The notes below the pieces were generated by a model that was not told the origin of the DNA, ran no database searches, and worked only from the letters and a program-made list of their open reading frames with translations. Position numbers and translations under genes: made by a program. A stretch of DNA of 39,685 bases from contig DATKEY010000227.1 in assembly GCA_035544475.1 (NCBI GenBank), forward strand, positions 1 to 39,685, given 5' to 3'. Source of the DNA: Candidatus Dormiibacterota bacterium (GTDB lineage: Bacteria; Chloroflexota; Dormibacteria; Aeolococcales; Aeolococcaceae). This document shows, piece after piece, positions 17,993 to 26,040 of the stretch. Numbering within the stretch: position 1 is the stretch's first letter; every line of letters begins with the position of its first letter.

Positions 17993-19795
17993 CTAGACGC
18001 AGACGGCCTCCTGGGCGAGGAGCGGTTCGGTGACGGCGGCGGCGGCGACCGGCTGGCCGTCGTAGTGGCGGATGGAGCGGAGCCGGCCGGCGAGCGCGGC
18101 GGGGAGCTCCTGGGTGAGGATCTCGAGGAGCTGGCCGTCGCGGTTCTGCTCGACGACGTAGACGCGCTCGTGGGCGGCGACGAACTCCGCGACCTCCGGG
18201 CTGACGGGGAGCGCCCGCAGCCGCAGGTAGTCGACGGGCAGCCCCTTCTCGGCGAGCTCGTCGCGCGCCTCGACGACGGCGTGGTGGGTGCTGCCGAAGG
18301 CGATGAGGCCGAGCGCCGACCCGCCGGCGACGATCACCGGCGCCGGCACCGCGGCCCGCGCGGTCTCGAACTTGCGGCCGAGGCGGTCCATGTTCGCCTG
18401 GTAGGCCTCGGGGCTCTCGGTGTAGTGGGCCTGGTCGTCGTGGCCCGAGCCCCGCGTGAAGTACCCCGCGTTGGGATGGGCGGTCCCCGGCCAGGTGCGG
18501 TAGGTGATGCCGTCGCCGTCGACGTCGCGGTAGCGGGCCCAGCTCCCGTCGAGCCGCTCGAGGTCGTCGATGGTCAGCACCTTGCCGCGGTCGAAGGGCG
18601 CCTCGGGGTACTCGAAGGGGGGCGACATCCAGAGGTTCATCCCCAGGTCGAGATCGCTGAGGACGAACACCGGGGTCTGGACGCGGTCGGCGAGGTCGAA
18701 CGCCCGCCGGGCGAAGTCGTAGCACTCCTTCACGGAGCCGGGGAGAAGAACGGGGTGGCGGGTGTCGCCGTGGCCGAGCCGGTAGGCAAAGCCGAGGTCG
18801 CCCTGGGAGGTGCGGGTGGGGAGCCCGGTCGACGGGCCGAGCCGCTGGATGTCGAAGACGACGACCGGCACCTCGGCGTAGTAGGCGAGGCCGGCGAACT
18901 CGGCCATCAGCGAGATCCCGGGGCCGCTCGTCGCGGTCATCGCGCGCGCCCCCGCCCAGCCGGCGCCGATCGCCATGCCGACGGCGGCGAGCTCGTCCTC
19001 GGCCTGGACGATCGCCATCCTGCGCTCGCCCGTCTCGGGGTCGACGCGGAAGCGGTCGGCGTAGCCGGTCAGGCTCTCGCAGAGGCTCGACGAGGGGGTG
19101 ATCGGGTACCAGGCGGCCACCGTGCACCCGCCCATCACGCAGCCGAGCGCCGCCGCCTGGTTGCCGTCGACGAGCACGAGGCCGTCGGTGCCGCCCTCGA
19201 CCGGGCAGAGCATGTGGCTGATGGGACGGTCGGAGAAGTGCTCCTCCCAGTACTCCCAGCCGACCTTGGCGGCGTCGATGTTCGCCGGCCACGCCCTCGG
19301 CTTCGTCGCCAGGGTGCGCTCGATGCCGGTGACCAGGTTGTCGAGCGGGATCCCCAGGAGACCGGCGACCACCCCGACGTAGATCATGTTCGTGAGCTGC
19401 TTGCGCAGCGAGTCGTTCGCGATCCGGGTCTTGCCGAGACGGGCGAACGGGACCGGGAAGTACTCGACGTCGTCGCGGACACCGTTCGTGGGGAAGATGT
19501 CGTCGTGGACGACGGCCCCGCCCGGGACCACGGCCGCGAGGTCGTGGGTCCAGGTCTGGGGGTTGCGAGCGATGAGGAGGTCGTGCTGCGCCCGGCGGGC
19601 CTGGTAGCCCCGGGCGCTGACCCGGAGGTCGTACCAGGTCGGCAGACCCTCGATGTTCGAGGGGAAGACGTTCTTCGGCGCCACCGGGATGCCCATCGAG
19701 AAGATCGCGCGGGTGAGCACGAGGTTCGCGGACTGGCTGCCCGACCCGTTGACGGTCGCTGCCAGGATGGTGAGGTCATTGACGATCGGGTCCAC
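17993..19795 (-). CDS. korA: 2-oxoglutarate/2-oxoacid:ferredoxin oxidoreductase, alpha subunit
   Basis: Track ORF of 600 aa with a GTG start. It has the typical KorA N-terminus (ATVNGSGSQSANLVLTRAIFSMGIPVAPKNVFPSNIEGLPTWY) and is paired with korB. Confidence 0.9.
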   Translation of the reverse strand: MDPIVNDLTILAATVNGSGSQSANLVLTRAIFSMGIPVAPKNVFPSNIEGLPTWYDLRVSARGYQARRAQHDLLIARNPQTWTHDLAAVVPGGAVVHDDIFPTNGVRDDVEYFPVPFARLGKTRIANDSLRKQLTNMIYVGVVAGLLGIPLDNLVTGIERTLATKPRAWPANIDAAKVGWEYWEEHFSDRPISHMLCPVEGGTDGLVLVDGNQAAALGCVMGGCTVAAWYPITPSSSLCESLTGYADRFRVDPETGERRMAIVQAEDELAAVGMAIGAGWAGARAMTATSGPGISLMAEFAGLAYYAEVPVVVFDIQRLGPSTGLPTRTSQGDLGFAYRLGHGDTRHPVLLPGSVKECYDFARRAFDLADRVQTPVFVLSDLDLGMNLWMSPPFEYPEAPFDRGKVLTIDDLERLDGSWARYRDVDGDGITYRTWPGTAHPNAGYFTRGSGHDDQAHYTESPEAYQANMDRLGRKFETARAAVPAPVIVAGGSALGLIAFGSTHHAVVEARDELAEKGLPVDYLRLRALPVSPEVAEFVAAHERVYVVEQNRDGQLLEILTQELPAALAGRLRSIRHYDGQPVAAAAVTEPLLAQEAVCV

Positions 19796-19829
19796 GGGCT
19801 TCCAGGGTGATCCGGCGGGGGACGGCAGG

Positions 19830-19845
19830 TCCCCCCTCTGGGGGA
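19830..19845 (-). terminator. hairpin TCCCCC-N4-GGGGGA between the opu operon end and korA start
   Basis: Perfect 6-bp stem about 40 nt downstream of the substrate-binding-protein stop (19886) on the minus strand. Confidence 0.3.
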
Positions 19846-19885
19846 GAACTTTACCCCTCTCCGGGCCGGACCCGTCCTGACAGTG

Positions 19886-20857
19886 TCAGTGGTTGCCCGC
19901 GAGGTATGCGCCGAACGCGCTGAGCGTGCCGCCGAACTTCGACCTGTCGGCGGTGCGGATGGCCAGACCGTTGGTGTCGTTCATCGGCGCCGGCGCGGTC
20001 CAGCAGAGCCCGCTCGCCTCGTCGCGGCCGCGTGCCTCCTCGAACGCCGCGTTCAGGTCGGACGGCGGATGCTTGACGCCGAGGAACTCCTGCAGCTCGG
20101 TCCCGGTGTACTGCCAGAGCATGTCGACGTTCCCGGCGCGCAGCGCCCGGTCGATCTCCGGGTCGGCGGCGTGGAGGCTGTCGTCGATGTGGTAGCCGTG
20201 CCGCTCCAGGACCATCTTCGCGATCGTGGCGAGCAGCTCCTCCTCGGCGAACGGCTTGCTCCCGATCTTCAGCTGGGCGCCGCCGCCGTCGACCGAGGCC
20301 GCGCTGATGGGGCACGTCGAGGTTCCGGCACCGGAGGCCTGTGGGGCGGCGTCGAGCAGCGCGTTGTTCCGCAGCCACTGGCCCGCCACGTCGGCGGCCG
20401 AACGCTTGTCGACCTCGACGGCGCGGTTCATGCGGGTGATCTCGTCGGTCGTGATCCTCGCCGCGACCGGCGCGAGGATGGCCCCGATGCCGGGGTGCTG
20501 CTGGAGCACCGACGAGCGCACGACGAGGCCGACGCTGTCGGGCGGAAAGAGACCCCTGTCGTCCTGGAGAACGTAGAGGTTGTTCGCCGCGATCGCGGAG
20601 TCCGTGGTGAAGACCTCGCCGGCGGCGCACTGCCCGGCGGCGATCCCCGCCTCGGCGGTGCTGCCGATGTCCTTGTAGTTCGCGCTCGCGAACCCGTCGC
20701 CGTAGGTCTTCGCGAGGCCGGGCACGCCGTCGGCGCGGGTGCGGAACTCGGACATGATGCAGATCACCGGTCCGGCGTTGCCCCCGCCCCCACCGCCGCA
20801 GCCGGGGACGAGCAGAGAGACGGCGGTGAGCACGGCGAGGGCGAGGGGACCTCGCAT
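19886..20857 (-). CDS. glycine betaine/compatible-solute ABC transporter substrate-binding lipoprotein (OpuAC-type)
   Basis: This is the in-frame C-terminal 323 aa of track ORF 19886..21190. ATG 20857 is preceded by AAGGAGGG. The lipobox is LLVPGCGG. It is the last gene of the transporter operon. Confidence 0.8.
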   Translation of the reverse strand: MRGPLALAVLTAVSLLVPGCGGGGGGNAGPVICIMSEFRTRADGVPGLAKTYGDGFASANYKDIGSTAEAGIAAGQCAAGEVFTTDSAIAANNLYVLQDDRGLFPPDSVGLVVRSSVLQQHPGIGAILAPVAARITTDEITRMNRAVEVDKRSAADVAGQWLRNNALLDAAPQASGAGTSTCPISAASVDGGGAQLKIGSKPFAEEELLATIAKMVLERHGYHIDDSLHAADPEIDRALRAGNVDMLWQYTGTELQEFLGVKHPPSDLNAAFEEARGRDEASGLCWTAPAPMNDTNGLAIRTADRSKFGGTLSAFGAYLAGNH

Positions 20858-20858
20858 C

Positions 20859-21605
20859 TCATCCCTCCTTCCAGACGGCGGGGACCACGGCGCGCTCGAC
20901 GAGCCCGAGGAGCCAGTCGGCGATGAGCGCGAGCGCCGCGACCAGGGCGGCGCCGACGACGACGATACGCGAGGCGGGCTGCAGCCCGGCGGCGGTGAGC
21001 CCGGACTCGATGACGTCGCCGAGCCCGCCCCCGCCGACGAAGTTGCCGAGGGTCGCGGTCCCGACGACGAGCACCAGCGCGGTCCGCAGGCCGGCGAGGA
21101 TGACCGGCGAGGCGAGGGGCAGCTCGACCCGGCGGAGCACCTGCGCAGGGGACATCCCCATCCCGCGCGCCGCCTCGACGGCGTCGGCATCGACCCCCTG
21201 GAGGCCGGCGAGGGTGTTGCGCAGGATCGGCAGCACCGCGTAGGCGACGAGCGCGATCACCGTCGTCCGGAAGGTGAAGCCGGTCACGGTGAAGACGAGG
21301 GCGAGCAGGGCGATGCTCGGCACCGCCTGGCCGAGGTTGGCCGCGAGCAGGAGTGGGACACGCAGCGCCCGCCCGCCCCGCGACGCCACGATCCCGAGGG
21401 GGAGCGCGATCGCCGCCGCGATGCCGAACGAGGTGACGCTGAGCTCGACGTGGCGCACGACCCGGCTCGTGATGAAGTCCGGTGAGAGGACGTCCGCCTC
21501 CTCGGATGGCACGTTCGCGGTGTGGATCCAGAGGTAGAGGAGGAGCAGGCCGGCGCCGACCGCGACCGGGGTGGTCGCCAGGCGGAGCGCGCCCGGCCGC
21601 CTCAT
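20859..21605 (-). CDS. compatible-solute ABC transporter permease (OpuBD/OpuCD-like)
   Basis: This is the in-frame C-terminal 248 aa of track ORF 20859..22640. ATG 21605 overlaps the ATPase stop (ATGA). It is polytopic, with the binding-protein-dependent permease loop (EAARGMGMSPAQVLRRVELPLASP). Confidence 0.85.
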   Translation of the reverse strand: MRRPGALRLATTPVAVGAGLLLLYLWIHTANVPSEEADVLSPDFITSRVVRHVELSVTSFGIAAAIALPLGIVASRGGRALRVPLLLAANLGQAVPSIALLALVFTVTGFTFRTTVIALVAYAVLPILRNTLAGLQGVDADAVEAARGMGMSPAQVLRRVELPLASPVILAGLRTALVLVVGTATLGNFVGGGGLGDVIESGLTAAGLQPASRIVVVGAALVAALALIADWLLGLVERAVVPAVWKEG

Positions 21606-22543
21606 CCGGCGGCCGCCGCGCGACGGATCACCTCGGCGTCGGCGACGCCGACGATCCGGTCCCCGTCGACGACCGCGGCGCGCCCGTCGGGGGAGCGGAG
21701 CACCGCCTCGAGGGCGTCGCGCAGGCTGGCCCCGGCCTCGACCCGCTCGACCGGCGCGGAGCCGTCGGCTGGTCGCAGCTCGGCGGCGCGCAGCGGCACG
21801 AGCGCGAGCCGCCGCAGGGTGCGGTCGCCGCCGAGGAAGCCGGCGACGAAGTCCGAGGCGGGGCGGGCGAGGAGCGCCGCCGGGGTGTCGACCTGGGCGA
21901 TGCGCCCGCCGGTGCGCATGAGCACGACCCGGTCGCCGAGCCGCAGCGCCTCGTCGATGTCGTGGGTGACGACGACGATCGTCTTGCGCACCAGTGACTG
22001 CACCCGCAGGAGCTCCCCCTGGAGGCGCAGACGGGTGATCGGGTCGAGGGCGCTGAAGGGTTCGTCCATGAGCAGCACCGGGGGGTCGGCGCCGAGCGCC
22101 CGGGCGACGCCGACCCGCTGGCGCTCGCCCCCGGAGAGCGCCCGCGGCAGCCGGGCCGCGTACTCGGCGGGCGGCAGCCCCACGAGCTCGAGCAGCTCGT
22201 CGACGCGGGCGCGGATCCGGGCCCGGTCCCAGCGCAGAAGCCGGGGGACGGTGGCGACGTTCTCCGCGACGGTGAGGTGGGGGAGCAGTCCGCCCTGCTG
22301 GATGACGTACCCGATCGAGCGACGCAGCTCGGTGACCGGCCGCTCGCGGGTGTCGCGCCCGTCGACGCGGATCGTCCCCGCGGTGGGCTCGACGAGCCGG
22401 TTGATCATGCGCAGCGTCGTCGTCTTGCCACACCCCGACGGGCCGACGAGGACGGCGAGCTCGCCGGCGGCGATGTCGACGGAGAGGTCGTCGACGGCGA
22501 CCCGCTCGCCGTAGCGCTTGGTGACGTGCTCGAGGCTGATCAC
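21602..22543 (-). CDS. compatible-solute ABC transporter ATP-binding protein with C-terminal CBS-like region
   Basis: This is the in-frame part of track ORF 21602..22795. GTG 22543 overlaps the upstream permease stop (GTGA). Walker A is GPSGCGKTT, the ABC signature is LSGGERQRV, and Walker B is LLMDEPFSALD. Confidence 0.9.
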   Translation of the reverse strand: MISLEHVTKRYGERVAVDDLSVDIAAGELAVLVGPSGCGKTTTLRMINRLVEPTAGTIRVDGRDTRERPVTELRRSIGYVIQQGGLLPHLTVAENVATVPRLLRWDRARIRARVDELLELVGLPPAEYAARLPRALSGGERQRVGVARALGADPPVLLMDEPFSALDPITRLRLQGELLRVQSLVRKTIVVVTHDIDEALRLGDRVVLMRTGGRIAQVDTPAALLARPASDFVAGFLGGDRTLRRLALVPLRAAELRPADGSAPVERVEAGASLRDALEAVLRSPDGRAAVVDGDRIVGVADAEVIRRAAAAG

Positions 22544-23169
22544 CGGCGGCTCCGGGAGAGGCCGCGTTCGAGGGCGGCGAGCGCGGCGTCGGCGCCGACC
22601 CCGAGCAGCCCGACGAGCAGCGCGCCGGCGAAGATCGCATCGCGGTCGTCGCCGCGGATGCCCTCGAGCAGCGGCTGGCCGAGGTCGTTGGCGCCGACGG
22701 TGGCCCCGACGGTGGCGATCGCGACGACCATCACCGTCGCCTGGCGCAGGCCGGCGACCACGACCGGCAGTGCGAGCGGCAGCTCCACCCGCCACAGCAC
22801 CTGCGCCGGCCGCATCCCCATCGCCCGGGCCGCGTCGACGACCGCGGCGTCGACCGACCCGAGCCCGGCGCGGGTGTTGCGGATGACGGGGAGGAGCGCG
22901 TAGAGGGCGAGGCCGAGCTCGACCGCCGGGTTGCCGATGCCGAGCAGGATGGTGAGCAGCCCGAAGAGGGCGAAGCTCGGGATGGTGAGGATCACCCCGG
23001 TGACCCCGAGGGCGACGGCGGCGAACCGGGGCCGCCGCGCCGCCCGCACCCCGACCGCCAGCCCCGCGACCCCGGCCGCAGCCATCGCGACGGCGACGAT
23101 CTGGAGATGGGTGAGCAGCTGCGGGCGCAGCGTGTCCCAGTGGGTCCCGAGGTAGCGCAGGGTGCTCAG
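22540..23169 (-). CDS. compatible-solute ABC transporter permease (OpuBB/OpuCB-like), probable non-canonical CTG start
   Basis: The track ORF is 22540..23085 (181 aa), but that start cuts the first TM helix. The frame is open upstream to 23253 and encodes LSTLRYLGTHWDTLRPQLLTHLQIVAVA, the typical N-terminus of this permease family. There is no ATG/GTG/TTG in that stretch. CTG codons at 23169 and 23160 are the only plausible starts. Confidence 0.7.
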   Translation of the reverse strand: MSTLRYLGTHWDTLRPQLLTHLQIVAVAMAAAGVAGLAVGVRAARRPRFAAVALGVTGVILTIPSFALFGLLTILLGIGNPAVELGLALYALLPVIRNTRAGLGSVDAAVVDAARAMGMRPAQVLWRVELPLALPVVVAGLRQATVMVVAIATVGATVGANDLGQPLLEGIRGDDRDAIFAGALLVGLLGVGADAALAALERGLSRSRR

Positions 23170-23197
23170 CGGGGGTCCGCCGCCGCGACCGCGACCC

Positions 23198-23395
23198 TCA
23201 GCGGGAGAACCAGAGGCCGAAGCCCGAGGTCCAGTAGAGGAGCCCGACCAGGGTCACCGCGGCGAGGCACAGGCCGATGAAGATCCACATCAGCACCTGG
23301 GAGCGGCGCGAGGGCTCGCCGAGGGGGATCGAGCTGACGAAGCGCCGTGGCTCCTTCGGGCGTTCGAGGTGGCCCGACTCGCGCTCAGCGTCCAT
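23198..23395 (-). CDS. small (65 aa) single-pass membrane protein, unknown function
   Basis: The track ORF has an ATG start and nearly every codon ends in G/C, which is the coding signature of this genome. There is a clear TM helix (VLMWIFIGLCLAAVTLVGLLYW). It ends 28 nt upstream of the permease CTG. No obvious ribosome-binding site was seen. Confidence 0.5.
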   Translation of the reverse strand: MDAERESGHLERPKEPRRFVSSIPLGEPSRRSQVLMWIFIGLCLAAVTLVGLLYWTSGFGLWFSR

Positions 23396-23417
23396 GGCAC
23401 CGTTGAGGGTAACGCGT

Positions 23418-23434
23418 CCGCACCCGCGGTGCGG
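23418..23434 (-). terminator. hairpin CCGCACC-GCG-GGTGCGG between the 92-aa and 65-aa ORFs
   Basis: Perfect 7-bp stem 10 nt after the 92-aa ORF stop (23444). It could act as a terminator or attenuator ahead of the small membrane ORF and opu operon. Confidence 0.25.
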
Positions 23435-23443
23435 TTGCGCGGT

Positions 23444-23722
23444 TCAGGCTCCGCGAGCTCGCTGCAGCTTGCGGTCCTGGGAGGTGCGGATCGAGGCGAC
23501 GGTCACGTCTCCGTCCTCGAGCGAGTCCTCGGTCCCGGTGGCGAGGGCCCGGACCAGCCGCCGCACGTCCGTCCACGCGCGCACGGCGAGGCGGTGCTGC
23601 GCGGTGTCCGGTTCCAGCTGATCGAGGATGTCCACCACGATGTCGAGGTCACGGCGTGCCGCGCGCAGGGCGCGCAGGGCCGGGTGCGCCGTGCCGAGCG
23701 GGGTCGGCTCCGGGCTTGGCAT
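23444..23722 (-). CDS. small (92 aa) helical protein, unknown function
   Basis: This is the in-frame C-terminal part of track ORF 23444..24985. ATG 23722 is preceded by GGAGGAG about 5 nt upstream. GC3 is high. The remainder of the 513-aa track ORF is antisense shadow of the cupredoxin gene. Confidence 0.5.
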   Translation of the reverse strand: MPSPEPTPLGTAHPALRALRAARRDLDIVVDILDQLEPDTAQHRLAVRAWTDVRRLVRALATGTEDSLEDGDVTVASIRTSQDRKLQRARGA

Positions 23723-23941
23723 CGCGGCTCCTCCGGGGGCCCGCGGGCCCCGCCACCTCGGCCTCCCCCACCCCCGGGGGAGGGACGCCGTCCGCGTCTC
23801 TGTTTCGACGCGTGACCCCCCGGATTTCCTACGCGGGGAGTCCACCTTCCGGTCGTTCATCGCCGAGTCCCCCCGCTGCCACTCTCGGCAGGGCATCATC
23901 CCGGGGGGCATTTCGGCCCCTACACCAGTGGAGGGTGTCAG

Positions 23942-25018
23942 ATGGGTGCACGGCGCGCATTTGCGACGGTGGCCGCGCTGGGCGTGGCGGCTCTGATCGG
24001 CGGGTGCGGCGAGACGACCGGGACCCCGGTCAACGCTCCGGCGAGCACCACGTCGACCTCCGGCCCGGCGACGCTCAGCGTGAACGTCGGGGGGGCGGAC
24101 TCCGCCCATCCCCTCTACGACTTCCTTGCCTTCTACCCGTCGTCGATCAGCGCCCACCCCGGGGACACCCTGCGGCTCGTCAACCCGACCAAGGAGACCC
24201 CGCACACGGTCACCTTCGGGGTGCTCCCCGACCACTCCAACCAGCCGGCGCTCCTGACCCCGGGGGTCGGGTTCACCGCGATCGCCGGCGGCCCCTGCGT
24301 CAGCACCCAGCCGGTCACCGCGACGACCACGACATGCCCCGGGGCGCCGGCCGCGCCGCCCCCCGCGGCGCCGGCGGGGACCCCGCCACCGGAGGTGGCC
24401 CTCCCCGCCCCGTTCGCCGGGCAGCCCTTCTACAACAGCGGCATCTTCGTCGGCGGCCAGACCGCGGTCCTCCCCCTCTCCGCGGACATCAAGCCCGGCG
24501 CCTACCGCTTCATCTGCCTCCTCCATCCCACGATGGCGGCGACCCTGACCATCGTCCCGGCGGCGAGCCCGATCCAGGCGACGGACGCGGTGGCGAGCGC
24601 GGCGGACCGCCAGCTCGCGGCCGACCGGACCGAGGCGGCCACCGTCGCCGCCGGGGTGGCGGCGCCCGCCGCGGGGAACGTCCAGGCCGGGGCGGTCGGG
24701 AAGGAGCTGACGATCAACCAGTTCTTCCCGCCCACGCTCACGGTCTCCGCAGGTCAGACGGTGACCTGGAAGGACGACGGCTACGAGCCCCACGTCATCG
24801 TCCTCGGCCGCACGATCACCCCCGAGGATCCGCTGGTGTTCGGGGCGCCGACGCTCGCGCCCGGGAGCGCCTACGCGGGGGGCCTGGCCGTCTCGGGGCT
24901 CATCGGCGGCAAGCCCTTCCCCTCGAACAGCTTCGGGCTGAAGTTCACGACCGCGGGGAGCTACCCGTACACCTGCGCGATCCACCCGGGCATGGCAGGT
25001 GTTATCACGGTGCAGTGA
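23942..25018 (+). CDS. lipoprotein with two cupredoxin (amicyanin/plastocyanin-like type-1 copper) domains
   Basis: Track ORF of 358 aa with a GGAGGG ribosome-binding site. The lipobox is AALIGGCG. There are two ligand sets: His in TPHTVTF plus YRFICLLHPTM, and His in EPHVIVL plus YPYTCAIHPGM (C-x2-H-x2-M loops). Confidence 0.75.
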   Translation: MGARRAFATVAALGVAALIGGCGETTGTPVNAPASTTSTSGPATLSVNVGGADSAHPLYDFLAFYPSSISAHPGDTLRLVNPTKETPHTVTFGVLPDHSNQPALLTPGVGFTAIAGGPCVSTQPVTATTTTCPGAPAAPPPAAPAGTPPPEVALPAPFAGQPFYNSGIFVGGQTAVLPLSADIKPGAYRFICLLHPTMAATLTIVPAASPIQATDAVASAADRQLAADRTEAATVAAGVAAPAAGNVQAGAVGKELTINQFFPPTLTVSAGQTVTWKDDGYEPHVIVLGRTITPEDPLVFGAPTLAPGSAYAGGLAVSGLIGGKPFPSNSFGLKFTTAGSYPYTCAIHPGMAGVITVQ

Positions 25019-26040
25019 TCTCCCCGGTCGACTCCCTGAAGCGCATCGCCTTCCTCCTCGAGCGCGCGCTCGAGCCCTCGTACCGGGTGCAGGCCTTCCG
25101 CCGCGCCGCGGCCACCGTGGAGGCTCTCCCCGAGGGCGAGCTCGAGCGGCGGGTGCGCGACGGCACCCTGCAGCAGCTCCCCGGGATCGGCGAGGTGACC
25201 GCGCAGGTGATCACCGAGGCGTCCGCCGGGGAGGTCCCCGTCTACCTGCGCCGGCTCGAGTCGACGGAGGGGCGGCCGGTCGCCGAGGCGGGAGCCCAGC
25301 TGCGTGCCCGGCTCCGGGGCGACTGCCACGTCCACTCGGACTGGTCCGACGGCGGCAGCCCGATCGACGAGATGGCGGAGGCCGCGCGGGCGCTCGGCCA
25401 CGAGTACATGGTGCTCACCGACCACTCGCCGCGGCTCAAGGTGGCCCGCGGGCTCACCGCCGAGCGGCTGCGCCACCAGCTCGAGGTGGTCGCCGCGCTC
25501 AACGAGCGGCTCGCCCCGTTCCGCATCCTCACGGGCATCGAGGTCGACATCAACGAGGACGGCTCGCTCGACCAGGAGCCGGCCCTCCTCGCCCAGCTCG
25601 ACCTCGTCGTCGCCAGCGTCCACTCCGTGCTGCGGATGCCCGCCGCGGAGATGACCCCGCGCCTGCTCGCCGCGGTCGCCAACCCCCACACCGACGTCCT
25701 CGGCCACTGCACCGGGCGGATGGTGAAGGGGAGGGGCCGGCCCGAGTCCGAGTTCGACCACGGGACGGTCTTCGCCGCCTGCGCCGCGAACGACGTCGCC
25801 GTCGAGATCAACTGCCGGCCGGAGCGGCTCGACCCGCCGAAGCGGCTGCTCCGGCTCGCCGTCGAGGCGGGCTGCCGGTTCGCCGTCGACACCGACGCCC
25901 ACGCGCCCGGGCAGCTGGACTGGCAGATCACCGGCTGCGAGCGCGCCGCCGCCTGTGGGGTTGAGGCCGCATCCGTCATCAACACCCTCGACGCCGGCGC
26001 GCTCACCGCGTGGACGGGACGCAAGGGGGGACCTGGCTAG
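25015..26040 (+). CDS. PHP-domain protein with N-terminal helix-hairpin-helix region (PolX C-terminal-like phosphoesterase)
   Basis: This is the in-frame C-terminal 341 aa of track ORF 23656..26040. GTG 25015 overlaps the cupredoxin TGA (GTGA). The HhH-like segment is LQQLPGIGEVTAQVI. The PHP metal motifs are GDCHVHSDWSDG, VLTDHSP, GIEVDI, ASVHS and VDTDAH. Confidence 0.75.
   Translation: MISPVDSLKRIAFLLERALEPSYRVQAFRRAAATVEALPEGELERRVRDGTLQQLPGIGEVTAQVITEASAGEVPVYLRRLESTEGRPVAEAGAQLRARLRGDCHVHSDWSDGGSPIDEMAEAARALGHEYMVLTDHSPRLKVARGLTAERLRHQLEVVAALNERLAPFRILTGIEVDINEDGSLDQEPALLAQLDLVVASVHSVLRMPAAEMTPRLLAAVANPHTDVLGHCTGRMVKGRGRPESEFDHGTVFAACAANDVAVEINCRPERLDPPKRLLRLAVEAGCRFAVDTDAHAPGQLDWQITGCERAAACGVEAASVINTLDAGALTAWTGRKGGPG

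Noticed and set aside
23723-24985. Upstream 421 codons of track ORF 23444..24985, and upstream part of 23656..26040
   Set aside because: One is antisense and the other off-frame to the cupredoxin gene, which has clear copper-ligand motifs. Only the short 3' portions, which have their own ribosome-binding site or coupled start, look real.
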